NCBI GenBank assembly: GCA_965200315.1
Contig: OZ241362.1
Location: 1,312,001-1,376,000 of the forward strand
Origin: Candidatus Latescibacterota bacterium
Lineage (GTDB): Bacteria > Latescibacterota > UBA2968 > UBA8231
Direction of reading: 5' to 3'
Length of the DNA: 64,000 nucleotides
The translations under genes and the position numbers were made by a program. This document shows, one piece after another, positions 50,501 to 60,800 of the stretch; the stretch's first letter is position 1, and each line of letters begins with the position of its first letter. A model generated the notes under the pieces. The model saw only the letters and a list, made by a program, of their open reading frames with translations, was not told where the DNA came from and ran no database searches.

Positions 50501-50869
50501 TTGCAGCGCCTCCGCGTAGCGAGCGTCGGCTTCGGCCTCCTTTTGCTCCGAGCGCAAAAACTGCGAGCGCTGCAACTTTTCGAGCCCCAGCTTGTTGTAG
50601 GTATTGCCTAGCTGGTAGGTAGCACCCACGCGCACCGGCAGAATGAACTCGTCAACCGCTATGGTTACATCCTCCACGTTGATCATGGCGTTACTTTCAG
50701 TGGAGAGAATGACCTCATAGCGCTCAATGGCTCTATCGTAGTCCCCCAGCGCATAGAGCTTTTGGCCTTCCTCAAAGCGGTCTTGCAATTCCACCGGCGA
50801 GAAAAAGCGCGTACTCAGGCTGGCAGCCGCGCCGACCGCTGCGATTAGCAGCAGATTTACCAGAATCAT
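47597..50869 (-). CDS. Large periplasmic TPR protein (BamD/CpoB-like repeats)
   Basis: Signal-peptide-like N-terminus; TPR-like helical repeats with 'YP.S' turns over the whole length. Confidence 0.85.
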   Translation of the reverse strand: MILVNLLLIAAVGAAASLSTRFFSPVELQDRFEEGQKLYALGDYDRAIERYEVILSTESNAMINVEDVTIAVDEFILPVRVGATYQLGNTYNKLGLEKLQRSQFLRSEQKEAEADARYAEALQDLNKSRDHFRTLAADERVDDRTRVMAQYQMIQTSYQLKEYEQVIEEGDALLHSFPHSLYEASVHYDRAWSYFELERYEEAIASFKQVLVLAPRGSNADRSLFQIAESYDQLGQYEDALEYLDRLIARYDFAQMTEEEIIEMTTLKLKGLVKETARELVAKAHLKKGDIYARNGEVEKALTSYAVLPAEYAAEPVLVQNSYIRIAELVQKEQGTTAAIAAYKDAIEKVEDKLFQARTQLTVALMLFDQDEYLKSAQEYEIYLKAYGDVAQRIGFDRYKVLFRIAQCHQEYGRQIRGEDPARADAEIAKALESYDQLLNQREDNALIPDVLFNAGFANQLIEKDEAAQPLYQRLVDEYADHPAAPNGLLQLARIAYAASELKRAEEIYASFLGRFPDSELRNTTRMELGLTYKRLEDQDSAIAAYETVEEGWDKWPTVQVELAELYMGKQEYEKARHALAGALDRAGDDTLKGQMHYTLARVHFAEDNFAGAIDFWGQAIALNPPTHILQNSLLARGGAYYEVAKQQDAVGDTAQARVSYEASLDDMKALLESDPAPQIKDSAFRTLGAGMIRLGRQEEAARYYQELIAASDDPQEQATFSMLLTELYYDQQDFVQAEKFARQLLDMQFEDDNQAGYYRKERAYSIIGNALLQQKQYEEAARVFAQGLKRYPSSGESGNLAFSKGFAEISYGDYAAAAESFKSFVKKYPRNANHIHGQYYLAHSLQALTQFKEAAAAFSELVERYLQSQYEEEALFLIGENHYNEQAFAEAATAYQALLAQYPQGRYGGSAQYALAWSFVEQEEMEQAVGAMQGLVANYPKSEFAPKAQFTIGDYYYNIQSYDEAMAAYKKVIKLYPDSEEASRSTALVEELSEIQASFSYNEAMKLFEAKDYDRAVPALQEIIREYPGTYTELAAYCNLGLVYEITRQWSQAVENYQVVEEKGGDKVENADVVNFAKLHREWIVENRL

Positions 50870-50886
50870 GGTGTCAATCTCCTAGC

Positions 50887-53808
50887 CTAGAATCCGGCCA
50901 CAATATCAAAGAACAGGCGCGAGTTGTCGAAGCTATCGGAAGCGCGCGTGGCATCGTCGTACTCCCGGCTGGTTTTGATAAAGCCGAACTGGGAGGCAAG
51001 AGCATAGCCGTAGTGATCCGAGCGGTTGCTCATCATCAGCACCAGCGTCCATTCCTTAAAATCGTTGCTATCATCCACCCGGTCCAAGCTAGTGTGCCGC
51101 CAGAAAGGGAAGCCCTGAAATCCGAGTTGCAGATTGGACTTGGGCGTCAGGTCGAAGCGAGTCCTGACGATCGGCGCATAAATCGAGAACGAGCGAATAC
51201 TGCCGTCGCCCGTGGCGTCTTCGAGGATGCTAGAATGATCGCGCAAAAACAGGTGCTTGAACATCGGGCGGATGTTCAGATTACCGGCGCTGATCGTATA
51301 ATCGAGCCGGTTGACCATCGTAAAGGTCGAGAGCACTCCGGCTTCCTGTTGAGTGCCGTCGTCGAACTCGTCCTCGGCTTGGCTGTTGCGAATCCACTGG
51401 ACGCTGTTGATGACGTTGAGATTGGAAAGCTGCTGAAAGGCCGAGCTGATGAACAAGGTATTGACCAAGCTATTGCGCATGTTCAGCGGATCGACATCTG
51501 GCGGGAAAATCTGGGAATTGAGATCCTTCGCCTCAATCATCGGGCCTTTCAAATGTGGGAAGGGGCTGGGTATCCGCTGGGTAAAACCCACGTCTTCCCA
51601 GACGTACACGTCGTCGCGAATGTCGTCTTGGACCTGCTTGATGTCCTCGTTGATGCGAATTTTGCCCAAATAGGGCGAGGTGAAATTGTGCTCGTAGCGG
51701 GCGTAGATGGCCTTGGCCTTGCCGCCGCCGGCCGGCTCCTCCATGGTGTAATAGCCGACAGAGGCCCATTTGCCAAAGCGCCCCAAGCCTTTCTTCGTGG
51801 CCACCAAGTGAGCCCCTCGGCGGTCCCGTGGATAGGGATAGTCGGGCAGGGCGTCGTTTTCGCGGTAATCGACTACGCCGTTGTTGTTGAAGTCGATGCC
51901 GTAGATGAAATCCGGCGGATCGGCGTCGTAAAATAGGATCGGCTCGGTCCAGTCGGGAATGCCGTTGAAATTCTGGTCGCTGTCTGGGATTAGGTCGTTG
52001 TTTTCGTCCAACCCGGGGAAAATGCCCGAATCCGACTTCTCCGCACTGGGCAGCTCGTTGATCATCTCGTCTGGCCACTGGTCGTTGTCGTCATTATCGG
52101 TCATGACAAACATTTCCTGCATTTGTGGACATACAAAGCAATCGTCGCTAAAGAAGGCTACGCCGCCCCGGATGCTGTCGTAGTTGCCGCTGTAGTCTGG
52201 ATCTAGGTTGAAAAATTCGCCGCCTATCTCTATCGGGCCTACTTCCTTTTGGGCCGTGAGGAAATAGCCGAGAGCCTGCTTGTCAAAGCGCTTGCCAGCA
52301 TTGCTGCCCACCGGAAAGAGGAAGTACTGGGGATTGGCGACCAACTCACCCTTTACTTTTAGTCCTTTGAGGTTCAGATCCCAGTCCAACCCATAGAGCG
52401 CCTGACCCGTGGGGATGCCGTAGTCGAACTCGACCACTTTGCGGCCTGAATCGCTGCCGTCAGAGCGCAAAACCGTATAGCCTACCCGAGCCGGATCAAA
52501 TAGATCCCACTTGTATTGCAAAAACGGCTGCGCCTGAGTGAATGTCGGATCCGGCACCACCGGCCACTGATTGAAGGCGTCGGGATTTTCTACTAGCACA
52601 TCTTCGAGGGGTTTGATTGCGTCGTCGCCTTTCAGCCCGGTAAAGGGATTGACGTAGCTCCTGCCGCCTGGAGCGTATCTGTCGTCCCCTTCGGCCACTT
52701 TGTCCACGTTCTTTTGGTGGGCCCGCTGGTCGAAAAATAAGTGCTGTTGGCGCACCAAAATGCGATAGTCGCCCTCGACATCGGCTAAGAAACGCACGGA
52801 TTTCATCGTCAGCCCCGGAGCGAATCCGTCGGGATCAGCCGAATAATCCGAGGCATCCGGCAGGTTGAATTGCGGCATTTGGAAGCGGAAGACCACTTGG
52901 TCGCCGCCAGCTACGATCAGCCCGCCCTCGGCGCCACCGATGGGATCGATCATCTTCAAGCTCGAGTCGTACTCGGGATCGCCTTCAATGCTGGTCAGAC
53001 GCACCCGCTGCCCCTGCGACTCGCCGATGATCACTACATCCACGTCATAGACGGTGGCCGCCCGGGCTATATCGTCGGGCGAGTCATCTTCGATAATGAC
53101 TTCGATGAAAGAGGGCGGCAGCATGCTGTAGGGAGTATCGCCCTTGAGAAAAGAACCGTTCTCGTCGGCCGTATTGGCCATGTGCTGGTTGAAGTACGTG
53201 GCACCCATGCGCAGCACATTGCCCAGCTTGGTCTCCCAGTGGCCGCCAAAGATCAACACCGGCGAGGTCTCCCTAGTCGCCTTAAAGGTCGAAAACTTGG
53301 CAGCATTCAACAGGTCGCCGCCTTGGCTCAGCATCAGGGTGAACCTGTTGTCCGAGGACGCGCCGTCGAGCAGGATGCCAAAGAAACGCGGGTCGCTAAA
53401 GGTCAGATCTGAAAACTTGGCGCGTATGTCCTCGCCCAAGGTCACTCGGTAGTTCCAGCCCTTGTACGAGTCGTTGAGCATCACCAAGTTGGCGAACCAC
53501 CCCAAGTACTGGGCCGTGCGGGTGTTGATGTTACTTTCCCCAGGGCGGGAAAATTCCCAAGTGAAGACATTGAAACCGCGCGACAGGTAATTGCCTAGGC
53601 GGTCGTAGCGATTGCGTGCGTTGATCACCGAAGGATAGGGATCGTACTCCTTGCGCCCGTAGTTCAAATACGGTTCGGGATGGCCGAGGTTGAGGAAATC
53701 CCGGTTGCGCAGAAAGGTCTGCGCTTCGGCTTCGGCACCCAGCATTCCCAACACAACAGACGCTAGTAGCGCGGTCCTTACCAGGCTTTTTCTCGCATTA
53801 CTACTCAT
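50887..53808 (-). CDS. Uncharacterised ~975-aa predicted outer-membrane protein with Asp-rich repeats (paralog A)
   Basis: Signal peptide ending AEA; beta-strand-like segments; DxDxN/DND cluster; C-terminal 'LFFDIVAGF'; GAGGA RBS favours ATG 53808 over 53823. Confidence 0.7.
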   Translation of the reverse strand: MSSNARKSLVRTALLASVVLGMLGAEAEAQTFLRNRDFLNLGHPEPYLNYGRKEYDPYPSVINARNRYDRLGNYLSRGFNVFTWEFSRPGESNINTRTAQYLGWFANLVMLNDSYKGWNYRVTLGEDIRAKFSDLTFSDPRFFGILLDGASSDNRFTLMLSQGGDLLNAAKFSTFKATRETSPVLIFGGHWETKLGNVLRMGATYFNQHMANTADENGSFLKGDTPYSMLPPSFIEVIIEDDSPDDIARAATVYDVDVVIIGESQGQRVRLTSIEGDPEYDSSLKMIDPIGGAEGGLIVAGGDQVVFRFQMPQFNLPDASDYSADPDGFAPGLTMKSVRFLADVEGDYRILVRQQHLFFDQRAHQKNVDKVAEGDDRYAPGGRSYVNPFTGLKGDDAIKPLEDVLVENPDAFNQWPVVPDPTFTQAQPFLQYKWDLFDPARVGYTVLRSDGSDSGRKVVEFDYGIPTGQALYGLDWDLNLKGLKVKGELVANPQYFLFPVGSNAGKRFDKQALGYFLTAQKEVGPIEIGGEFFNLDPDYSGNYDSIRGGVAFFSDDCFVCPQMQEMFVMTDNDDNDQWPDEMINELPSAEKSDSGIFPGLDENNDLIPDSDQNFNGIPDWTEPILFYDADPPDFIYGIDFNNNGVVDYRENDALPDYPYPRDRRGAHLVATKKGLGRFGKWASVGYYTMEEPAGGGKAKAIYARYEHNFTSPYLGKIRINEDIKQVQDDIRDDVYVWEDVGFTQRIPSPFPHLKGPMIEAKDLNSQIFPPDVDPLNMRNSLVNTLFISSAFQQLSNLNVINSVQWIRNSQAEDEFDDGTQQEAGVLSTFTMVNRLDYTISAGNLNIRPMFKHLFLRDHSSILEDATGDGSIRSFSIYAPIVRTRFDLTPKSNLQLGFQGFPFWRHTSLDRVDDSNDFKEWTLVLMMSNRSDHYGYALASQFGFIKTSREYDDATRASDSFDNSRLFFDIVAGF

Positions 53809-53859
53809 GGCAGCTATCCTCATTCAGTGTAGAGATTCTGTCTTCAGTCGCATTCCAAC

Positions 53860-54720
53860 TCAGTGCTGGCGATAACCAACGCTGAACCGATGCACACCTC
53901 CGTAGCCGGAGAGTTGCATCGGGTATGAGTAAGCATAATCGAAATGCCATTGCTTATAGTTGTGCCCAAGCCCCACGTTGATCTCTCTCTCGTCAAAACC
54001 TGAACCCACCGCGGCTCCCCCCATGCGAAACCGAGCGCCGTTGAGGCTCACCGTCCGCGTCTCGTACCCCACCTTGAACTCCGTTCGCCCATCGCGGCGC
54101 TCAATGTCGAGCAGGACTTCCTGCCCCGCCAAATTGAGCAAGGCCGCTGCAACTACGGCCGGCTTTTCTTTGCCTGCGGCTTGGCCACCCGCGGCGATGT
54201 TCGCGCCGTTTAAGTCTTTGGCGACCAACGCCAAGCGCAGGTACGCCCTCGGGTGTATGAAACCCACTTCCCAAGTGGCACCTACATCGAGGCGCCAAGC
54301 CCGATGCGACAGGTCGCCGGCTTTCCAAGCGCTGGTGCGCAAGCCACCACCCAAGGCGAAGCGCTCGTGCAACGGCTTCCCATAGCCTAGGGCAACCACT
54401 TCTTCGCGCCAGCCGTCAGCCCCTAAAAACGAGACGCCGAGTTGGAAGCCGCCGCCCCGCAAAGGCCCGGTTACTGACAAGCCGTTTAGGGCTGGGCTTT
54501 GGTCTAACCCGGGATAGAGCAGCGCGTGCGTCGTACCAGCCTGCCACTTTTGCTGCTGGGCGTTACCGGCCGGATTGTACCAAACGGCCTCAGCCGTCCG
54601 AATGCTGGCGGCGAAAGCCCCACCCAATGCCGTGCTCTGGGCCCCGTGTGCCGCAAATTCAAAAGCAGCGCCAACCGGGGAGACGAGGGCCAGCAATAGG
54701 GCACTAGTACGCCACCACAA
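53860..54720 (-). CDS. PorV/PorQ-like (FadL-related) outer-membrane beta-barrel
   Basis: N-terminal hatch motif 'GAQSTALGGAFAA....EAVWYNPAG'; C-terminal 'FDYAY...G.VHRFSVGY'. Confidence 0.7.
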   Translation of the reverse strand: MWWRTSALLLALVSPVGAAFEFAAHGAQSTALGGAFAASIRTAEAVWYNPAGNAQQQKWQAGTTHALLYPGLDQSPALNGLSVTGPLRGGGFQLGVSFLGADGWREEVVALGYGKPLHERFALGGGLRTSAWKAGDLSHRAWRLDVGATWEVGFIHPRAYLRLALVAKDLNGANIAAGGQAAGKEKPAVVAAALLNLAGQEVLLDIERRDGRTEFKVGYETRTVSLNGARFRMGGAAVGSGFDEREINVGLGHNYKQWHFDYAYSYPMQLSGYGGVHRFSVGYRQH

Positions 54721-56362
54721 AAGTGCCTCGGCGCGCCTTATCGCTTCCTTCTATCCCAACCTCGTACAGATAGAGCCCCGGCTCGACAACCTGACCGCTA
54801 CCATCGCGGCCGTCCCATTCAAACTGATAGGTCCGGGCGCTTCCAGTCTGCGCCAACTGGCGAACTGGCCGACCGGTCAAGTCGTAAATTTTTAGCACGA
54901 CCTCCCGGCCCGCTTCAATGTTGCCGACTACAAAAGCAAAGCGCACATACTCATCAGCAAACGGAGAGAACGGACGCGGCTCCACCTGCACTGCGCCCAA
55001 AAGCTGCAACGGCGTTCCCGCAGCCAGCACCGTCCAAGTGGCACCCGGCATTTCCTGCCCCTGCTGCCAGTTCACGTAGCCGTCTCTGTCGCCTTGGGCT
55101 TTGTTGCCAGCCTCAAAGCGCATGGTGGTCTTGTCGCGCACAAAGAGCGCTTGCCCCTCCATTTCGACAGTCGCCATCGCGTTGATTCGCTCGCTAGGTG
55201 TAAGCTCTATCAGTATCCCCTCCCGGTCCGATGTCGATCCCCAAGTGTAATCCTCTGTAGGCACGAGTTCTCTACCATCGACGCGCACGGCTTCTACGCC
55301 GAGCAAGGGACCTTGTACTCGCAAGAGATCGATCCCGTAATCATCGACGCCAGCCGCGATCTCCACTCGGTAGCTCAGCATCGTTTCCTCGCCCTTGCGC
55401 AGCGAATCGGATACGACCACCGCCGCCAAGAGCTGTTGGGCTACCAAGACGGAATCGTAGTCAATGGCAATGCGCTTGAGCGCCGGGCTGACAAAGGGGG
55501 CCGAGTTCGTCAGGTGGGCCCGGTATGCCAACCTCACGACCGGCTCGTCTCCGCTGTAGAAAAATTCCCCGTCCGTGTGCGCCGCAACGCTTCCCCAAGG
55601 CTTTTCTGCACTCTCTGCGGTAGTTCCGCGCACCTGCAACTCAATGCCCGTGCGCTCCGGGTGCTCTGTTTGCCAGCGGATCTGCCCTACGTTGACCGGG
55701 GTAGGCGGGGCGAAGCTATCCTCTATGAAGCCTTCGCTAACGTAACCCACGCCGAACACCTCAATTTCGCCGATGGCGACCCAGTTGCTGCGGTCTTGGC
55801 GGATTATTGTCAACCGTACGAAGCGACCCGCGCGCGGGATTGCCTCTCCGCGCTCGTTGGTCGCGGCCCAAGTAGAATCTGCACTCGTATCTACATTGAG
55901 GACGAAATTGTCCGGCTGTTCCGCCAAAAGGTGCCAGACTTGCGGTGCCACCTGAGCGGCTGTTTCGAGCCTGTATCCACGCACGAAATACTCGGGCTGG
56001 TTCAGCGCCGTCTCGCCAGCTAGCAATCGCACGCGCTTGATCGCCCGGTCCAAGCCGAGATCGATGGTAAACTGCTTGTCGAACACGTGATTAGTGCCCG
56101 AGATCCACTCGCTCCTCACGAGGTCAATCGCGCCGTCGGTTAGCGGCACAGGCTTGTCAAAATCGTCTATCACTGATCGTCCTAAAGCTACATTTATATT
56201 CTCGTCCAAATGCGCCAAGATGACGAGGCTATCTGGATGCACCTGTACGCCTTGGGTCGTTCCCAAGGCAAATGTATCGACCGCGTCCACTACCCAAGTC
56301 CTTAATTCGGCACGGCACGGACTGAATTCGAGCAAGAGCAAGAGGACAACTAGCCTCAGCAC
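54704..56362 (-). CDS. Secreted discoidin/F5-8-type domain protein with FlgD-Ig C-terminal domain
   Basis: 'FTIDLG..R.I.RVRL', 'GRFVRL', 'IGEIEVFG'; C-terminal 'PFSP...IYDLTGR.VR.L...WDGRD..G..V.PGLYLY'. Confidence 0.7.
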   Translation of the reverse strand: MLRLVVLLLLLEFSPCRAELRTWVVDAVDTFALGTTQGVQVHPDSLVILAHLDENINVALGRSVIDDFDKPVPLTDGAIDLVRSEWISGTNHVFDKQFTIDLGLDRAIKRVRLLAGETALNQPEYFVRGYRLETAAQVAPQVWHLLAEQPDNFVLNVDTSADSTWAATNERGEAIPRAGRFVRLTIIRQDRSNWVAIGEIEVFGVGYVSEGFIEDSFAPPTPVNVGQIRWQTEHPERTGIELQVRGTTAESAEKPWGSVAAHTDGEFFYSGDEPVVRLAYRAHLTNSAPFVSPALKRIAIDYDSVLVAQQLLAAVVVSDSLRKGEETMLSYRVEIAAGVDDYGIDLLRVQGPLLGVEAVRVDGRELVPTEDYTWGSTSDREGILIELTPSERINAMATVEMEGQALFVRDKTTMRFEAGNKAQGDRDGYVNWQQGQEMPGATWTVLAAGTPLQLLGAVQVEPRPFSPFADEYVRFAFVVGNIEAGREVVLKIYDLTGRPVRQLAQTGSARTYQFEWDGRDGSGQVVEPGLYLYEVGIEGSDKARRGTFVVAY

Positions 56363-56363
56363 T

Positions 56364-57020
56364 TCAGAATAGCAGTTTCTGGGTCAGGCTGGTCACCACG
56401 GCGATGGCAAGGGCTTCCTCCAACTCCTTAGAGTTGAAAATCATGACAATGCCGGCATCAACCGGGCTTTTCGTGCTCACTTTGCCGGTTTTGAGATCCT
56501 TAACCAAGACCTCGACCTGCACTCTTTGCGTCTGCGGGGAGAATACTTTGCGTACCCGCTGACTGGTAATCAGCGCCGTGCCGCTAATTTCCAAGTCGGC
56601 CTCGTCCGAGTCCTCCGACACTAGCGTAAAAGGATTGTTCACTTGCCGTACGCTGTCTTCGTCTAGCACTTCGACCCGATCCGTCTGCGTGAGGATTCGC
56701 ACCTTGTCCTTGCGGAGTTCGCGCAACAAGGCCCCAGACAAGTCCTCGATGCGCGAAGGCCGAGTAATCTGCACCAAGCGATTTCCCTGACTAGCGAGGG
56801 CGTTAGTAATGTACTGAGTGTCTTGGCTACCGGCCGAATTGGCGGTCCTCGGATCGACCACGTTGGCCTTGCTCTCGACCGGGAATTCCTTGACGTATAT
56901 TTTGACCGGCATCGACGGCGGGTTGGGCAAACTGGTGTCCTTGAGTGTCTCGTATTTCAAAGTACAGGCCGTTAAGCCGAGAAGCAGCGTCATTCCCAAG
57001 TATTGCGCCATCTTTTTCAT
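56364..57020 (-). CDS. Uncharacterised lipoprotein (possible CsgG/LpoB-like alpha/beta fold)
   Basis: Lipobox 'LTAC'; 'ADLEISGT...V.VLVKDLKTGKV'. Confidence 0.6.
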   Translation of the reverse strand: MKKMAQYLGMTLLLGLTACTLKYETLKDTSLPNPPSMPVKIYVKEFPVESKANVVDPRTANSAGSQDTQYITNALASQGNRLVQITRPSRIEDLSGALLRELRKDKVRILTQTDRVEVLDEDSVRQVNNPFTLVSEDSDEADLEISGTALITSQRVRKVFSPQTQRVQVEVLVKDLKTGKVSTKSPVDAGIVMIFNSKELEEALAIAVVTSLTQKLLF

Positions 57021-57800
57021 CTACTTGTTCTCCACCCAACGCACTCCGTGATCGACCTTGAAGTCGAATTTCAGATCGGTAAATTCCACTGGATTGCCGT
57101 ATCCTACTTGAAAGCGATCAAAGGCCAGAATGAAGTCGTTTACTTCGAGAGTGAATGACTTGGTTTCCGCAGGCAGCGGTGGAAAAGTCAGCTTGCCGAC
57201 ATACCTAGAGCCTTTGCGCACGGGCTTTTCTCGGTGGTACGCGCTTTTAGTCCAGATTGGTCCACGATCCAAGCTGGCGTGATAGCGCACATTGCCTTCT
57301 TGCCCCCCCCACTTCAAATAGGAATAGTCGTAGTACTCGTCCTTGGCGTACCAATTCCCCGCCCCTTGGCCACAGAGCAGTCGGCTGCCGTCGTCCAAGC
57401 GAAGAACGGTCTGCGTGGGGTCTAGCTCTACCCGCTCCCGAGTGCGGTTGATCACCGTCATTTCAAAAACGGTCCACAGAGGCGGCGTATAGTCCAAGCC
57501 GGGGATTTTGACTCCCGTGAGTGTATAGGGCGTGAAGCGGACGTCGTATTCAGCGTCGAGCATGGCATCGTCGTAGAACTTGACCTTGACTTGCACCCCT
57601 TGCTCGCTCCACACGACCGAGCTGTCGATTGGATCGATGTAATAGGTTTCTCCATCGGGCAGGACCGGCTCTAGCTCGATGAAGTACTCCTGCTGCGAAT
57701 GCGATTCGAGGGATCTGAGGGTAGCGCACCCTCCGGCGGCCAGCGCCAAGCATAGGAGGATGTGGATGTATTTTGTGATGGCTCTCATGTGCATTCGCAT
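57021..57800 (-). CDS. Uncharacterised lipoprotein (paralog of 45213-45980)
   Basis: Lipobox 'AGGC'; shared motifs with its paralog. Confidence 0.7.
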   Translation of the reverse strand: MRMHMRAITKYIHILLCLALAAGGCATLRSLESHSQQEYFIELEPVLPDGETYYIDPIDSSVVWSEQGVQVKVKFYDDAMLDAEYDVRFTPYTLTGVKIPGLDYTPPLWTVFEMTVINRTRERVELDPTQTVLRLDDGSRLLCGQGAGNWYAKDEYYDYSYLKWGGQEGNVRYHASLDRGPIWTKSAYHREKPVRKGSRYVGKLTFPPLPAETKSFTLEVNDFILAFDRFQVGYGNPVEFTDLKFDFKVDHGVRWVENK

Positions 57801-57801
57801 C

Positions 57802-60800
57802 CTAAAAGGGTGATATCAACTCTACGAAGAGGATGCCCTGCTTGGAGTCGGGCCGTCCTGCATGGCTATAGTCCCGCCGTGTGCGCTGATAGCCGAAGAA
57901 TATCGAATTGTCGCGGATGCCAAAGTAGTCTGCGGTGATGCTCAGCATGGCCAGATAATCGGTCTGGCTATACGTCCCGGTCTGGCTGTACGCCCCGATT
58001 TGGCTGTACGTCCCGTCCTCCGAGGCGCGATCCCAGTGCTTAAACGGCAGCAAGGGTAGCCCTTGTATGCCTAGCTGAAAGCTAGTCTTGGGCGTGAGCT
58101 TGTACTCTCCCATTACTATGGGGATGAAGTCGCTATACGATTTCCTCGGCGCATCTTCGCTGTCAACCTGCTCAAAGATCGTCCGATGCTTCAACTTAGG
58201 CGTGACGCTGAAGGCACCCCAGCTACGGGTGTAGTCGATCTTGTTGACAATAGAAAAACGCGAGCGCACGTCTTCGGGCTGCAATAGTCCGCTGCCGTCC
58301 TCAAGCTCTATTTCGGCTTGGCTGTTACGCTGCCACAGGAAACCGTTTTCAATGTTGAAGCCGCTAAAACCTTTATAGGTGCTGTCTAAAAAGAGGAGTT
58401 GCACAAAACTGTCGCGCATCAACAACTCGTCCGGCGTCGCCGGTCGCCAAAAACCCGCGCGTTCGGGCGGACCGTCGGGCTCGTTAAACCAGTTGATGAC
58501 CTCGACATCGTCAATGGGCACTCGGTACACGTAGGTGTGATCCGGGATGTCGTCTTTGACCTGCTTGGCGTCGTAGTTAATTTTCAGTTGGCCGACGCCG
58601 CGCTTCTCCACCGAGTATGCGTAGCGGAAGTACAGCGCCTCGGATTTACCGGGGCCGGCGATCTGACTGTTGTCGTAGCGGCCTAGAGTGATGAACTTGC
58701 CCAAGCGCCCCAAGCGGTCGTAGCGAATGAAGATGTGCTGGCCCTTTTGGTCGCGCGGGTAGGGGTAGTCCGGCTTATCGTCGTTCTCGCGAAAGTCGGG
58801 TACATTGTTGTTGTTAAAGTCGATGCCATAAGCAAATTCGGGTGGCTCCGAATCGTAGGTCAGAAAAGCCTCTTCCCAGTCCACAATGAAGTTCTCATTG
58901 CGATCCATATCGGGGATGTTATCGACGTTCTCGTCGAGGCCCGGATACACTTGAGCACCGGGATTACCTGGATAAAGCGAACGCGGCTCGGCAGTCGCCG
59001 TATCGTCGCTGTGGCTGTCGGGTAAGGTGTCGTGATCGTCGTTGTCTTCGTGGATGGGGAACTCCTCGGTGACCGTAGTGATTCTCTCGCCAGGCGCAGG
59101 CTGGCCGTCGTAGTGAAAGGCCATGCCGCCGCGATAGCTATCGTACCCGCCGCCGTAGTCGGGCTCCATGCGGTATATCTCCCCACCCAGTGACAGGCCG
59201 GCGGCTAGGTCCTTGACGCCCTTGACCCACCACGCAAAAGCGCGTTCACTGCTGCGTTGGCCTTCGTTATTGCCGATTGGGAACATGAAGTTTTGCAGAT
59301 TGTGCGCCACTTCGCCGCTGAGATCGAGCCCTACCAAATCGACCTGATAGTTGATCGAGGCCAAGCTCTGTCCGGTGGGAATGCCGTAGTCAAAAGAAAT
59401 TAGCTGCCGATTGGCACCCGTGCCGTCGCTGCCATCAGAGCGGACCACAGTATAATAGAGATCCTCGTCTTCGTCTGTGTACCACTTAAATGGACGCCGG
59501 ATGGCCCGCTCACCAGCACTGGCGATGGGAGCGGGCCAAGCCGACTCGGTGATAGCCGCATTGCCTCGGCGATCGATATTGAAGAAGTCGTGAGTTTGGC
59601 TAACGCCGACCCGGTAGTCGCCAGCCACATCGGCGACAAAACGCGCCGAACGCACCGTCACGTCCGGCGGGAGAACGAAGGTGTAAACCACCGGCACCTT
59701 GCCCTCGGCCTCGCGCCCACCGCCAGTGTGAACGGCACCGCCTTCGGGCGGCCCGGCTTCTAACAGCGGATCGTAGTCCGGGTCGTCGTCGAGGCTGGTC
59801 AGGCGCACCGGCTCTGTGTTGCGCTCGCCCTCAAGGACGATGTCCACACCATAGACAATGGCATTGGCCTGGGCATCCTCGGGCGAGTCGTCGGCCACAA
59901 AGACGCGGATGGTCTTGGGGCCGAGCATCTCATAGGGCAAATCGCCGCGCCAAGCACTGGAGCGCGACAGGGCCGGCGCAGCCATGATCTGGTTGATTAG
60001 CGTCCCGCCAATACTGGCGAAGCGACCTACTTCGTGCTGATAGTGGCCGCCAAAGAGCAGCACCGGTGAATTATCCCAAGCGTCATCGCCCTCTTGACCA
60101 AACGCCCATTTGGAAAACAACTGGGTACCAGAGTGATCGCCACCGCGCGAGTACAACAGAGTTGCCCGGTCGCGCTCCTTGTAGTTTATATCCATGCGCA
60201 GCACATTCAGCTTGCTGTTGACCAGCGTAAGTGGTGTGAAAATGGTGCGCACATCCGTACCACCGCCCGGTGATCCCACGTTGCCCAACGTGGCAATCCA
60301 GTGCAAATCCTTGTGAGTATAGTGGCCGACCCGGAACGACCGATACTTGTGGTCGATATAACTAGCCCCACTAAAGTCATTACCACTGCGCGACTCTTCT
60401 ATCGTCAGGAGTCGCCGATAGCCGCCGCCCATGTAGTTGCCTATCCGGTCCCAACCCACATTACGGGTCCTTAGCGTCCGGCCCGACGGGGTGGCCCAAG
60501 CAACCGTCTCTCGGTAGTACGAAATGTACTTTTCGGCGGCGTAGTTGAGATAGGGGACGCTAACGGCGGTGTTGAGGAAGGCCCTCCCTAATCCTCGATC
60601 ATAGCGGTCTTGGGGACCGCGCAGGAAAGGGGGGCGCTTTTTCCACGGGGGATCTTGCGGCGTACCAGGTGCGGGGTTGTAATAGGGCAGCGGACCGCCG
60701 GATTCGGGGTGGCGCTGCGCATCCGCCGGCGCGGATAGGCCAGCGCAAACCAGCGCGGACAAAACCACCCAGCGCTCGACGACACGGCATTTTAGAAAAC

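Noticed and set aside
46012-56362. Calling the locus a Type IX secretion system or Tol-Pal
   Set aside because: Only a PorV-like gene and FlgD-type tails are present; SprA, GldKLMN, TolA, TolB and Pal are not recognisable here
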